Shown here one piece after another: positions 50,058 through 59,193 of a stretch of 64,000 bases of DNA. The translations under genes were made by a program, and so were the position numbers. The DNA is from Candidatus Latescibacterota bacterium (GTDB taxonomy: Bacteria > Latescibacterota > UBA2968 > UBA8231), in assembly GCA_963422735.1 (NCBI GenBank), contig OY730476.1:1888001-1952000 (forward strand), given 5' to 3'. Each line of letters starts with the position of its first letter. The first letter of the stretch is position 1. The notes below the pieces were generated by a model. That model was not told where the DNA came from. It made no database searches and saw only the letters and a program-made list of their open reading frames with translations.

Positions 50058-50876
50058 TCAAAGAAATAAGAATACATGGTCTATGCCATAACTAAAAAGA
50101 ACCTCTAGATGTCTCCATATCAATTTTTGCTCATCCCAAACCAACCGGAAGAACGTCGGCGTTCGTCCGGCAACTTCCCATTTCATAAATTCCTCTGGTT
50201 CTTCCACAATGAACATGATCTCTGCGAATACGTGCGTTTCCCCTCTGGCTAAACGTTGTTTTATTTTGGGTAGGATGCGGGGTTGGTAACACGTCCTACC
50301 TCTAGGTATCATGCCGTGCTCCGCCGCATAGGACTCGTAGGTCTCATAATGGTTTGTCATATCGAAGACCCGGAACACACTATCGTAAAAAGATACTCCG
50401 TCAAAATAGTAGTCGCGATCGAGTTGCTCCATAAAGTACTTATGAGAGTGAGAGAGAATCTCAAAAGGAGATTCACCAACTGGTTGGTTCCAGTCTTCTA
50501 ACAGATGCTGACGCATTTCCGTCAAGGTTTGTGGATAATTGACTCCCTCTCGTATATAAAATGCCGCTACTAAGCTATCGCTTCCCGATTCAGAGAAGGC
50601 AACTAAAAAATCGTAGAGCCAACTCCGCAGACCTGCTTCCTGGTCTAGATCAATGGACGTTTCTAATTGAACGGGGATTGCTCGGATGGACTGATACAAC
50701 GAGTCCCCCGCCAGCACCTTCATCATCTTTTGACGATGGATATAATCGTAAAAAACTTGCAAACTGTCGGGCGAAAATCCACCGTATCGTAGCGGCTTTT
50801 CAGAGGCAAAACCAATCGACGAGATTATGCCTACAGCGACGAGCCCCTGAAGTGAGAGCAGTAGGATCTTTGACAT
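50058..50876 (-). CDS. Protein X family member X-B1
   Basis: Signal peptide; YGGFS, LRSWLYDFLVAFSESGSDSLVAAFYIR, VSFYDSVFRVF, FIVEEP, RTPTFFRLVWD..WRHLEV. Confidence 0.82.
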   Translation of the reverse strand: MSKILLLSLQGLVAVGIISSIGFASEKPLRYGGFSPDSLQVFYDYIHRQKMMKVLAGDSLYQSIRAIPVQLETSIDLDQEAGLRSWLYDFLVAFSESGSDSLVAAFYIREGVNYPQTLTEMRQHLLEDWNQPVGESPFEILSHSHKYFMEQLDRDYYFDGVSFYDSVFRVFDMTNHYETYESYAAEHGMIPRGRTCYQPRILPKIKQRLARGETHVFAEIMFIVEEPEEFMKWEVAGRTPTFFRLVWDEQKLIWRHLEVLFSYGIDHVFLFL

Positions 50877-50933
50877 GTTTCCTTTCTCCTTCTTTAGAGA
50901 GGTACTACCTCAATTGTGGCACAATACTTTCTA

Positions 50934-52466
50934 TCAGATTACCTCGTAACGTCCGAAAAGCCACACACACAGCGAGAATAACCCGCACGTATAGAAAAGG
51001 AGTACTCCCAAGCCGGGCAGCGTGCGGCTTAGGCTCTCTATGAGCGTCTCTTTTTGATCCATAAAGCGCGGCATGTCACGTAAGTTTGCTTGCTCAGTTC
51101 CATCGTTAAACCATGTCTGCTGACCAAAGGCATCGCGATCTTCGAGAAAGGTAATGATCTGTTGGCGGTAGTCGCGAGCCTGGTCGAGGAAGCCGTAAAA
51201 CCCCTCATAGTCAGTACGAGCGATGATGGCGGAGACCTCGGCGTAAGCACCCGCTGGCGATAGTCGCTGGAGAAGGGAATGGAGCCGTACTAGGCGGCGG
51301 GGATGGTCTTCGAGCAACGGTTTGCGGGCGTTCCACACGCGCAGGGCGAATTGCAGTCGTAGGCGCTCGCCACTGCGTTGGATATCGAGAAACTGGCTCA
51401 AGGCAGGTGTGTCCACTAACTCGCCGTTTGTATAGATAAAATCTCCCATCTCTCCGCCACCACTCGCCGTGTATCGAACCATATTCGCCAAAGGCACGAT
51501 TTCCACCATGTCCATAGGTGGATACCTATTCCCATGTACTATATCGTCAGCAGTACGATGGAATTCTCTCTTTAGTTGTCTGTATCGCTCTTCAGCTATC
51601 AGCTTGTTACTTCCCTGATGTGCGATTTCGTTCAGTAGAGAGGTAACACCTGTAGGCAATACGATGACCATAAAAGCCCAGACAAACAAGCCGCTGATCA
51701 CGCTGGTCGAAGAACGCTCGGTCACGCATGAAATTACCAAGCCAATTAGGTAGAAAAGTGTCAGATAGAGGAAGGATAACAAAAGCAACATACCTAGTCG
51801 CAGCCAGTCTTCGACATGGAGCTGTATGCCTTCTGTACCAACTAGCAAAATAATTAAAATAATAAAGGCCAGCGCGGTGGGAATGGCTAAAATAACGCCC
51901 CCGCCCAGCAACTTGCCAGCCAGTACTTGTGCCCGCGAGACATAGGTCGTGAGTATTAGCTGCAAGGTCCCATCCTCTCTTTCTTTAGAAATAGCCTCGC
52001 TACCCATGAGAATGGCCAATAGGCCGAGTACTAACTGAAAAACAAAGACAGTATCATAAGAAAGGAATATTGACAGGTACGGATTATCCGAATTAAAGGG
52101 GTCAACCTTATCTGCTTTATAGGGAACTTTGAAAGGAGAAACACTGACCACCTGCCCCAATTGTCTCTCTTGTCCTTGGGCAAACAACTCCAGCGGTTGA
52201 GGGTGGCGAAATGCTTTGGGGGTCTGAGCGCGATACTGCCCAGGGTTTTCGTTATCCCTTGTTAAACCCAAGTAGAATGTCACTTCGCGCAGGGCCGCTT
52301 CATAGTTCGCTATATGCTGGTGGTAATTCGCCATTTTCTGGACAAAGTTGCGGCTATTTACTAAGCCGGTGCCCAGTATTAGGATCACAGCCACCGCTGT
52401 ACAGATAGCGAAGTACTGGTTGAGCAGGTTATCAAGCCCTTCTTTTTTGAATACAATAAAAATCAT
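50934..52466 (-). CDS. ABC-2 type permease, subtype A (cassette B)
   Basis: VFKKE, EAISKEREDGTLQLILT..SR..LAGKL, QRLSPAGAY, FGRYEV. Confidence 0.88.
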   Translation of the reverse strand: MIFIVFKKEGLDNLLNQYFAICTAVAVILILGTGLVNSRNFVQKMANYHQHIANYEAALREVTFYLGLTRDNENPGQYRAQTPKAFRHPQPLELFAQGQERQLGQVVSVSPFKVPYKADKVDPFNSDNPYLSIFLSYDTVFVFQLVLGLLAILMGSEAISKEREDGTLQLILTTYVSRAQVLAGKLLGGGVILAIPTALAFIILIILLVGTEGIQLHVEDWLRLGMLLLLSFLYLTLFYLIGLVISCVTERSSTSVISGLFVWAFMVIVLPTGVTSLLNEIAHQGSNKLIAEERYRQLKREFHRTADDIVHGNRYPPMDMVEIVPLANMVRYTASGGGEMGDFIYTNGELVDTPALSQFLDIQRSGERLRLQFALRVWNARKPLLEDHPRRLVRLHSLLQRLSPAGAYAEVSAIIARTDYEGFYGFLDQARDYRQQIITFLEDRDAFGQQTWFNDGTEQANLRDMPRFMDQKETLIESLSRTLPGLGVLLFYTCGLFSLCVWLFGRYEVI

Positions 52467-52550
52467 GGTCCGCTCGTTCAGAAATTACTGAGGCGGTATT
52501 AACTGAAGTCTCGAGAACATCAACAGTGGCTCGTGCAACAAAATAAGGAG

Positions 52551-52588
52551 ACAGTTTGGGAGTGTACCGAAATCCACTCCCAAACTGT
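52551..52588 (-). terminator. 14-bp stem-loop after peptide gene P-B
   Basis: ACAGTTTGGGAGTG-10 nt-CACTCCCAAACTGT, perfect inverted repeat. Confidence 0.7.
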
Positions 52589-52609
52589 ACACCTAACTAG
52601 ACAAGCAGC

Positions 52610-52897
52610 CTAAGCTACCATGCATTTCGCCTCTAACTCATCACAGATGCAAGAAGGCGTTTCCCCTGGGTAAAGGACAGTGTCTCCAGATAGGGTGCAT
52701 TTATTTGTTACCATCACCGAAATACCGAGCAGCTTCTTCCAGCCGACCGCGGCGTCGTAGGTAAACGAGCAATCGCACCCGCCGTGGCCGTGAGTGTCCT
52801 CGATCGTATGTGCTCCTGCCAGCATTGGAAGAATGTTGAGTACTAGGGCGGTTAGGGAAATGCCTACTTTCATAAGGCGTTTCACAAGAAGATTCAT
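52610..52897 (-). CDS. Small secreted 6-Cys peptide P-B
   Basis: RBS AAGGAG; MNLLVKRLMKVGISLTALVLNILPMLAGA|HTIEDTHGHGGCDC...NKC...PSCICDELEAKCMVA. Confidence 0.8.
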   Translation of the reverse strand: MNLLVKRLMKVGISLTALVLNILPMLAGAHTIEDTHGHGGCDCSFTYDAAVGWKKLLGISVMVTNKCTLSGDTVLYPGETPSCICDELEAKCMVA

Positions 52898-52979
52898 GAG
52901 GTTTCACTCCTTATAAGAAAGGGTAACTAAGCTACGAAAAGAAAGAGATACAACTACTTCGCCGCAGAGCGGAGGCTGA

Positions 52980-53156
52980 TTATCGAGAACTACATAGTTC
53001 CTCCTTTCTAATGGTGTGCTCCAAGCTGTACCCGTGAAAAAAGACGAGGATTTTCCGTTGGTCTCGCGCTAGCTGGTTCAGTTCCGTCCAGCGATGGAGC
53101 CAACGATCCCAAAATAGCAATCGCTCAGAAAATTTAGCTAGGATAGAATGGAGCAT
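52980..53156 (-). pseudogene. Short N-terminal fragment of the GT-B glycosyltransferase (cassette A)
   Basis: MLHSILAKFSERLLFWDRWLHRWTELNQLARDQRKILVFFHGYSLEHTIR, then homology ends (~53010). Confidence 0.85.
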
Positions 53157-53172
53157 AGACCCTCAACTTGAC

Positions 53173-54104
53173 CTACCGCGTCAGGGCAAATACGGGAATC
53201 GCTACCGGATTATCCCCAATATGGACGATAATTTCGCAATTGGTTTGGCCCGGTGGGAAGTCACTCTGGTTGCGTACCGCAACGACCAATCGCCGATCCG
53301 TCTCCCAGAGCCAATCGAAAGCGAATGTGGGTGCTGGGCACTTCGATTGCACCCGGATCGGAGCCTGCGCTGCCTCGGGTACAACGCGCACCGCGACCGT
53401 TTTCATTTGCCGCCGGTGAGGCTTGCCCATGCCAAAAGAAAGAGCGGACGGATCTACTTGGAACCGGTCTATAACCTTCCCTTCGACATGCACGGTTTGT
53501 CGCAGTGTTTGGTCATTCCCTACCAAATGGACTTCGACTAGGCCGTCTATACCACGGCCCCAAGTCAACGCCTCATCTGTCCGAATTAATAACCCCGTAC
53601 CCGCATCGGTAGGATATGCCACGACGCCTTCACCGAGTCGATAGCAAGCGGCTGGTCAGCAATCTGGGCAAGCGATAGGTGGCGCTCTAAGGGCAAGGTA
53701 ATGAGGTCTATTTCTCCCAAGTCTATTTCGGCGGGAAAGGGCGGCACGGCCTGTACTTGGAGATTCAGAGCCCACAGGGAATCCGCGCCGGCGATTTTGA
53801 CTGCGACTTGGCTCTTAAAGGAACCGGCGATATCCGCTGTATTTACATCGACCTTCAAATGATATTCTTCGCCGGCTTTCAGCACACCTTTGGGGAACTC
53901 GACTCCGGTGCAGCCGCAGCCCGTCCGCACGTTTACTATCTCGATATCGGTGGTGGGTTTGAACGCAATGAAGTGTGTGCTGTTTTGGCCGCTATACACC
54001 GAATCCAGTACCACCTCTGAGGGCAACTGAGCACCTATCGGGTAGGCGATCAACAAAAGCATGATCAGGAACATAACCAACGCCTTTTGTTTCGGATAAA
54101 GCAC
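53173..54104 (-). pseudogene. DUF1573-type protein (cassette A) with a 13-bp deletion frameshift
   Basis: Near-identical to 31659-32603; CTGCACCGCAACC is missing at ~53634 between ACC microhomologies. Confidence 0.88.
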
Positions 54105-54125
54105 CTTTAAGACGCACGACAAGTC

Positions 54126-55592
54126 CTAATCGGCAATAGACGAGCGCAGCCAGACCCAGTACGCGGCCAGATAGGTGAACACCGCAAAGAAGCCCAGCAA
54201 AACCAAATCGACGACGGCCGAGCTAGCTAACGCCGCTGCGGAGAGGTTTTCTGCAAACACCGGCATCTCCTCCAGTTCTACCTTCTGCGTGGACAGCCCA
54301 TTCTTTACAAGCGGAACATGCAGACTGCGCGAGTCTGCCCTATCTATGGCGAGGAGAGCTCCTTCGAAATGCTGTGCATAACTTCGGGCTTGATCGATGA
54401 AATGACGATACCGCGGTAGGCCAGTACCCGCCATTGCCTCCATCGCGTATTGGTAGGCTCCCATGGGAGAGACCCGGACAATGTTCTGGGCTAAATTGAC
54501 CTGTTGTACCCGACGCCGCAGCAGGACATCTGCTAATTCTTGATGGTGAACACGTTCTGACCGCAATGCGCTCGAAAATTTTTTGACAAACGTAGGATCG
54601 AGCCGATTGCCCTCCATTGCCAAGCCGAAAGCACGCCCCCGAATGGGATGCCAAGTGAACGTACCGTCGCCGTGCTCGTACACGTACTTGGTATGTTCTA
54701 ATTCATGTACCTCTTCATGGAATAGCTCGGCTAGGGTCTTCCCCATCTGTGGCCACAGCAAAACCATACCCACCCAGACGAAGAGCACGGTCGTCAGACT
54801 GACCCGCCGACTGGAACTATGCGCCGATATGAGCAGCCCCAGCGAGGTACAGCCCGCCAGATAGACCATAGAGATCAAAACCATAGCGGCGATGCGCACC
54901 GCGTGGGAGAAATCCAGCGATAGCTCGGCGAGCATCAAGACGATCAACAGATTGAGGGTAACGCAGAGGAGCAGTACCCCGCTCAAGACCATCATCGCAC
55001 CCCAGAATTTGCCCCACAGTAGCGTATGGCGTGGCAGGCTGTTGGCCATGACTAGCTTGAGGACGCCGCTCTCCCTTTCGCCGACAATGGCGTCGTGTGT
55101 AAACAGGAAGGCGGCCAAGCTCAGCAAGACGCCGATGATGAATACCCAGTCAATGGTGATAAAAGTGGAGAGTAGGGGAGCATCCTTTAGTTCGGTAGGA
55201 AAAGATAGAATCCACGGCCAATAAAAACCTTTATCAATGGGTTTACCCCCGCTATATGCCATTATATAGATCCCGTCCGTTACAGCATCTACTTTGTCTG
55301 GTAATTTATTGTCGGCGAAACCGGCACAAAACGCTAATTCACTAGGTTTCTTATAAAGTACCCCAGGACCTTCGAGCAGTAGCTGTCGCAGGCCTGCGAC
55401 ACCATTATCGCGCAGCCTTTGGTGTTGCTGCGAGATGTTTTCTCTATATACATCTCGCTCGAATTGATAGGTACTATGGACGAGGACGAGCGCATTGAGC
55501 ACCATCAAGCCAACGCACAGCATCAGCACCAGGCTGAACCGCAGGCTTTGGATATGCGAGATGAATTCCCGTTTGACAATAGTCGTCAGCAT
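54126..55592 (-). CDS. ABC-2 type permease, subtype B (cassette A)
   Basis: Close paralog of 32609-34036 (AIVGERESGVLKLVMAN). Confidence 0.88.
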   Translation of the reverse strand: MLTTIVKREFISHIQSLRFSLVLMLCVGLMVLNALVLVHSTYQFERDVYRENISQQHQRLRDNGVAGLRQLLLEGPGVLYKKPSELAFCAGFADNKLPDKVDAVTDGIYIMAYSGGKPIDKGFYWPWILSFPTELKDAPLLSTFITIDWVFIIGVLLSLAAFLFTHDAIVGERESGVLKLVMANSLPRHTLLWGKFWGAMMVLSGVLLLCVTLNLLIVLMLAELSLDFSHAVRIAAMVLISMVYLAGCTSLGLLISAHSSSRRVSLTTVLFVWVGMVLLWPQMGKTLAELFHEEVHELEHTKYVYEHGDGTFTWHPIRGRAFGLAMEGNRLDPTFVKKFSSALRSERVHHQELADVLLRRRVQQVNLAQNIVRVSPMGAYQYAMEAMAGTGLPRYRHFIDQARSYAQHFEGALLAIDRADSRSLHVPLVKNGLSTQKVELEEMPVFAENLSAAALASSAVVDLVLLGFFAVFTYLAAYWVWLRSSIAD

Positions 55593-55599
55593 GGTCCGT

Positions 55600-57108
55600 T
55601 CATCGCATAAGATCGTAGCGAGAAAAAAGCCTTATTACGGCAAGCCAACTTAGGCCCGCATAGATAAACAGAGACAGGAGGCCCGGCGCAATTCTACTTA
55701 GCCGTTCGGAAAGGGGCTCACGGTGCTCTGCAAAGACAGGAAGATCGCTGAGGTCGAGTGCCGATCTCTTAGCTGCTCTTTCCTCGGATGACATACCTGG
55801 TTTACCTATAAATTCCATGCTCCCGAACGCGTCGTGCGCCCTTAAATAGTCCAACAGTTGATCTCGGTACTGACGAGCCTGATTGATAAAATCGTAAAAA
55901 CCCCCCGCATCCGTACCGGCCAAGCCCCCGGTAACCTCTAGATAGGCCCCTGCCGGCGTAATCCTCTGCAACTGGGTGTTTAGGCGGATGAGCGACCGGG
56001 GCCGGCCTTCCCAAAGAGGACTGCAAGCATTCCAAACTTTTTGGGCATACTGGAGGCGTAGATTCTCCCCGGCCCTCAGAATGTTTAAGAAGTCGGCTAT
56101 GCGGGCATCCCTCCGAATCGATCCGATATTGAAACCCGGCGTACTCCCACCGTCATACCCAAACGCCCTAGCGACCAAGTATATCGGGGGGTAGGTACGG
56201 TCTATCCCCGCCGTACGCACCAAGTCGTTCGCCTGTCTTTCGTGCTCGCTCCACAGTTCGTCTTCCAGAGCCTTGGCTTTTTGGGCATCCGCTTGCCGAT
56301 GGAATTGCTGATTGACGAAAAATGTAATGCTGATCGGCAGGACAATCACCAAGAAGGTCCAGATGAATAGGCTGTATATCAGGCTCGTCGAAGTGTTGTG
56401 TGTGTAGCACGAAATGGCCATGCCAATCAGGTAAAATATGGCTATGTAAAATAGGGAAGCCATCCAAGTTCCGATGAGGCCTACCCAGTCGGCCTCTGTA
56501 AGCCGGACATGCTCAGAAGCAATGAAAAAAATTGCCAGACCGAGAAAGCCTAGGAAGATAGGTATATTGAGGAGCGTAATACCGCCCAAGAATTTGCCTA
56601 TCACGACCTGCATTCGGAAGACGTTCGTCGTCAGCATCAGTGCTAGGGTGCCGTCTTCTTTTTCTCCTGAAATAGACTCGCAGGCGAAGAGAATGGCCAA
56701 CAACGCTAAAAAGATTTGGATGACATGAACGACATCCAATGAACCTATTATGGAGAGTAAAGGATTGCCAGTGGTCGCTAGGGTATGCTTATCGGCAAGG
56801 TAGGGTATCTGGTATATCTCAATGGGCACTACGGAACTCTTTTGCTCGGTAACGCCTCGGTCAGTGACTTCCAGCGGGCTCGGTGTGCGGACGACCTTGG
56901 TCCGCAATTTGTGGTAACTATCTATCTTGCGGAGTTCGTCGGCCGTTTCTGCGACTATGCGATCCTTCTCGGCCTGTGCTCTTTCGTAACTTGCTATTCG
57001 CAGCAGTCCGATGACCCATATAAGCGATACTGTAATCAGGATACAGTAGATAAAGCGCCGGCTGGCTAGCTGCTCTAGCAACTCTTTTTTCCAGATGATT
57101 TTTATCAT
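55600..57108 (-). CDS. ABC-2 type permease, subtype A (cassette A)
   Basis: Close paralog of 34062-35585 (ESISGEKEDGTLALMLT). Confidence 0.88.
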   Translation of the reverse strand: MIKIIWKKELLEQLASRRFIYCILITVSLIWVIGLLRIASYERAQAEKDRIVAETADELRKIDSYHKLRTKVVRTPSPLEVTDRGVTEQKSSVVPIEIYQIPYLADKHTLATTGNPLLSIIGSLDVVHVIQIFLALLAILFACESISGEKEDGTLALMLTTNVFRMQVVIGKFLGGITLLNIPIFLGFLGLAIFFIASEHVRLTEADWVGLIGTWMASLFYIAIFYLIGMAISCYTHNTSTSLIYSLFIWTFLVIVLPISITFFVNQQFHRQADAQKAKALEDELWSEHERQANDLVRTAGIDRTYPPIYLVARAFGYDGGSTPGFNIGSIRRDARIADFLNILRAGENLRLQYAQKVWNACSPLWEGRPRSLIRLNTQLQRITPAGAYLEVTGGLAGTDAGGFYDFINQARQYRDQLLDYLRAHDAFGSMEFIGKPGMSSEERAAKRSALDLSDLPVFAEHREPLSERLSRIAPGLLSLFIYAGLSWLAVIRLFSRYDLMR

Positions 57109-57261
57109 TTGCTGGGGCGAAAAAGGGGGGCTTTGGGCGGAAAGACCAAACGCGGCTTCACCGCGCCTTTAGGTACAACCAAGGTGATCGAAAACTACGG
57201 CGTTACAAGATCGAGTTGTTGGTTGGCTTAGTGAATAGGTGAATATAATTACATGCGTTAT

Positions 57262-57310
57262 AAGACAGAAAGCAGGTAAGCTCAATACTCGCTTACCTGC
57301 TTTCTGTCTT
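57262..57310 (-). terminator. 20-bp stem-loop after peptide gene P-A
   Basis: AAGACAGAAAGCAGGTAAGC-9 nt-GCTTACCTGCTTTCTGTCTT, perfect inverted repeat. Confidence 0.75.
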
Positions 57311-57332
57311 TGCTAGATGGATGTGCTATCTG

Positions 57333-57536
57333 CTATGCACAGTAAAGCGAAATTTCGATGCTAGTTTTGGTTATAGAAACATCCATTCGGCAATCATTCT
57401 GAGAAGCGCATGACCACTTGTATTCTCTACCATCCACCTCTCCGTGGCAGTTGTGCCAGCCGTCGGTCCTTACTTGATTCGGTAAGAGCCAAGCTGCCAT
57501 GCCAATGAAGGTGATACCCAATCGTGCGAATACCAC
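57333..57536 (-). CDS. Small secreted 4-Cys peptide P-A
   Basis: GTG 2 nt after the X-A stop; VFARLGITFIGMAAWLLPNQVRT|DGWHNCHGEVDGREYKWSCASQNDCRMDVSITKTSIEISLYCA; same position as P-C in its cassette. Confidence 0.7.
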   Translation of the reverse strand: MVFARLGITFIGMAAWLLPNQVRTDGWHNCHGEVDGREYKWSCASQNDCRMDVSITKTSIEISLYCA

Positions 57537-57538
57537 CT

Positions 57539-58480
57539 CTACAGTAAGTTAAAGAAGTAAGTATCTCTTACCCCAGCTCCAGAACTATAGAATACTTCCA
57601 AATGACGCCATAGCTCCTTGTCTCGATCCCACATCAAACGAAAAAATGATGATGTGCGTCTTGGGACTGGATCAGGTACAAATTCTGGTGGCTCCTCTAC
57701 AATGAATAATATATCCGCACAGATGATCTTCTCTCCAGCCTCTAGAAGTGCTGGAAGTTTATCACTTAGTCCTGTCTCCTGATGACTATATCCCCTAGGT
57801 AACATTCCTTGGTCAGATGCTAGGCGTAAAAACGTCGGAGTCTCTTGCCCTAACTCAAACACCCTAAAGCCACTGTCTTGGAACGATACACTTTCTATAA
57901 AATACTCCTTGTTGTGATTTCTTAGCGCATCTTTATGCTTTGAACGAAACAGAGGTAGTGCCCCTTCCTTCAAAGCGGTCTCAGCACTCACTCTGACACT
58001 ATCAACCATTTCTTGAACAGCTTTCTCTATTTCTTCTTTATCGGTTAGTATGGTACCGTCTGCACTTTTAATATTGATGCTTGGGTTTTGGGCATTTTCC
58101 CGGACGAAATCAGCCCATGCCAGACTTTGAGCTATATATCTTTCCTTGTTAAATCCTGCCCTCAGATAGAAAACCGCCGCCAAGCTATCATTGCCCGACT
58201 CGGAAAACGCAATGAGATACTGGCGCAACCAGTCTCTCAAGCCGCGCTCTTGCTCCAAGTCTATCGCCGTTTCCAAGTTAATGGGTATCGCGTCAATCGC
58301 TTGGTCCAACTTCTCGCCCGCTTGTACCTTAATCATCTCAAGGCCGTTTATGTAGTCGTTAAACTCCTGCATGTTTTCTTGAGTAAAGCCGCCATACCCC
58401 CCTTCTCGCGCTTGACTCGGCGAGGATATCGAACTTAGGCCGATAATAAGCACACTACAAAATAGTATTAACGTTTTCAT
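57539..58480 (-). CDS. Protein X family member X-A
   Basis: Signal peptide (PSQA); N-terminal ~90 aa nearly identical to X-C, middle divergent. Confidence 0.82.
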   Translation of the reverse strand: MKTLILFCSVLIIGLSSISSPSQAREGGYGGFTQENMQEFNDYINGLEMIKVQAGEKLDQAIDAIPINLETAIDLEQERGLRDWLRQYLIAFSESGNDSLAAVFYLRAGFNKERYIAQSLAWADFVRENAQNPSINIKSADGTILTDKEEIEKAVQEMVDSVRVSAETALKEGALPLFRSKHKDALRNHNKEYFIESVSFQDSGFRVFELGQETPTFLRLASDQGMLPRGYSHQETGLSDKLPALLEAGEKIICADILFIVEEPPEFVPDPVPRRTSSFFRLMWDRDKELWRHLEVFYSSGAGVRDTYFFNLL

Positions 58481-58541
58481 AGAAAGTTTCTCTGCATGTT
58501 TCGTTCTTCGCAACGTTATAAAAGTGCTTCTACAATATAAA

Positions 58542-58568
58542 GACGTATGTCGGCAGCGAAAAGTTACA
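58542..58568 (-). promoter_or_regulatory. Candidate ECF sigma promoter upstream of X-A
   Basis: TGTAAC-17 nt-CGTC, as at 36936-36962. Confidence 0.65.
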
Positions 58569-58636
58569 GGGAGGGCAAAAAAATTAAAAATGGGGTAGAT
58601 TGCAGAGCACGAAAGAAATTGAAGACATAGATCGAT

Positions 58637-59104
58637 TTACTCCAAAAAGATGCGCAATTGCCTCCGTCCGCGGTGGAGATATACTTTGACCGTATTAAGG
58701 GGCATCATTAGCTCCCGACAGATATCCTTATAAGACAGCCCCCCAACGTCCCGCAGAAGGACAAGAGTTCGGTAGGGATCCTCCAACCGATTCAAGGCCG
58801 CTTTTAGGTACTGGGGCAAGTCTGTCTCGATAGCTTGGGCGTTCTGCCGGATCCGTTCGGAATCTTGAACACTGACTACCAAGCGATAGCTTTTCCGTCG
58901 GCGCAAGGCGTCCAAACAGGCATTGCGTGTCACCTGACGTATCCAAGCCTCCACATCTTTGAGGACAATGGAGGAGCTATATTTCCACAGGCGGACCAGA
59001 ACGTCTTGGACGACATCCTCGGTATCCTCGCGGTTGGCCATATATTCGTAGGCTAATGTGTAAAGGCTTCGTTGGTCTATTGGGCCGAGATGGGTGTTTT
59101 CCAT
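58637..59104 (-). CDS. ECF RNA polymerase sigma factor (cassette A)
   Basis: 155 aa; differs from 37173-37640 at one residue (SSIV vs SPIV). Confidence 0.92.
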   Translation of the reverse strand: MENTHLGPIDQRSLYTLAYEYMANREDTEDVVQDVLVRLWKYSSSIVLKDVEAWIRQVTRNACLDALRRRKSYRLVVSVQDSERIRQNAQAIETDLPQYLKAALNRLEDPYRTLVLLRDVGGLSYKDICRELMMPLNTVKVYLHRGRRQLRIFLE

Positions 59105-59193
59105 AGAGATACCCCTTTTCTTAAAAGTCGCTGGGAATGCCCAATAACGTAGCCAGAGAAACCTCGATAGAGCCACGAGTATGCCCGGTGAAC

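Noticed and set aside
35668-57536. Assigning the peptides to a known RiPP class (glycocin, lanthipeptide, ranthipeptide)
   Set aside because: No double-glycine leader, C39 peptidase transporter, Lan enzymes or radical SAM gene; the GTs are only suggestive
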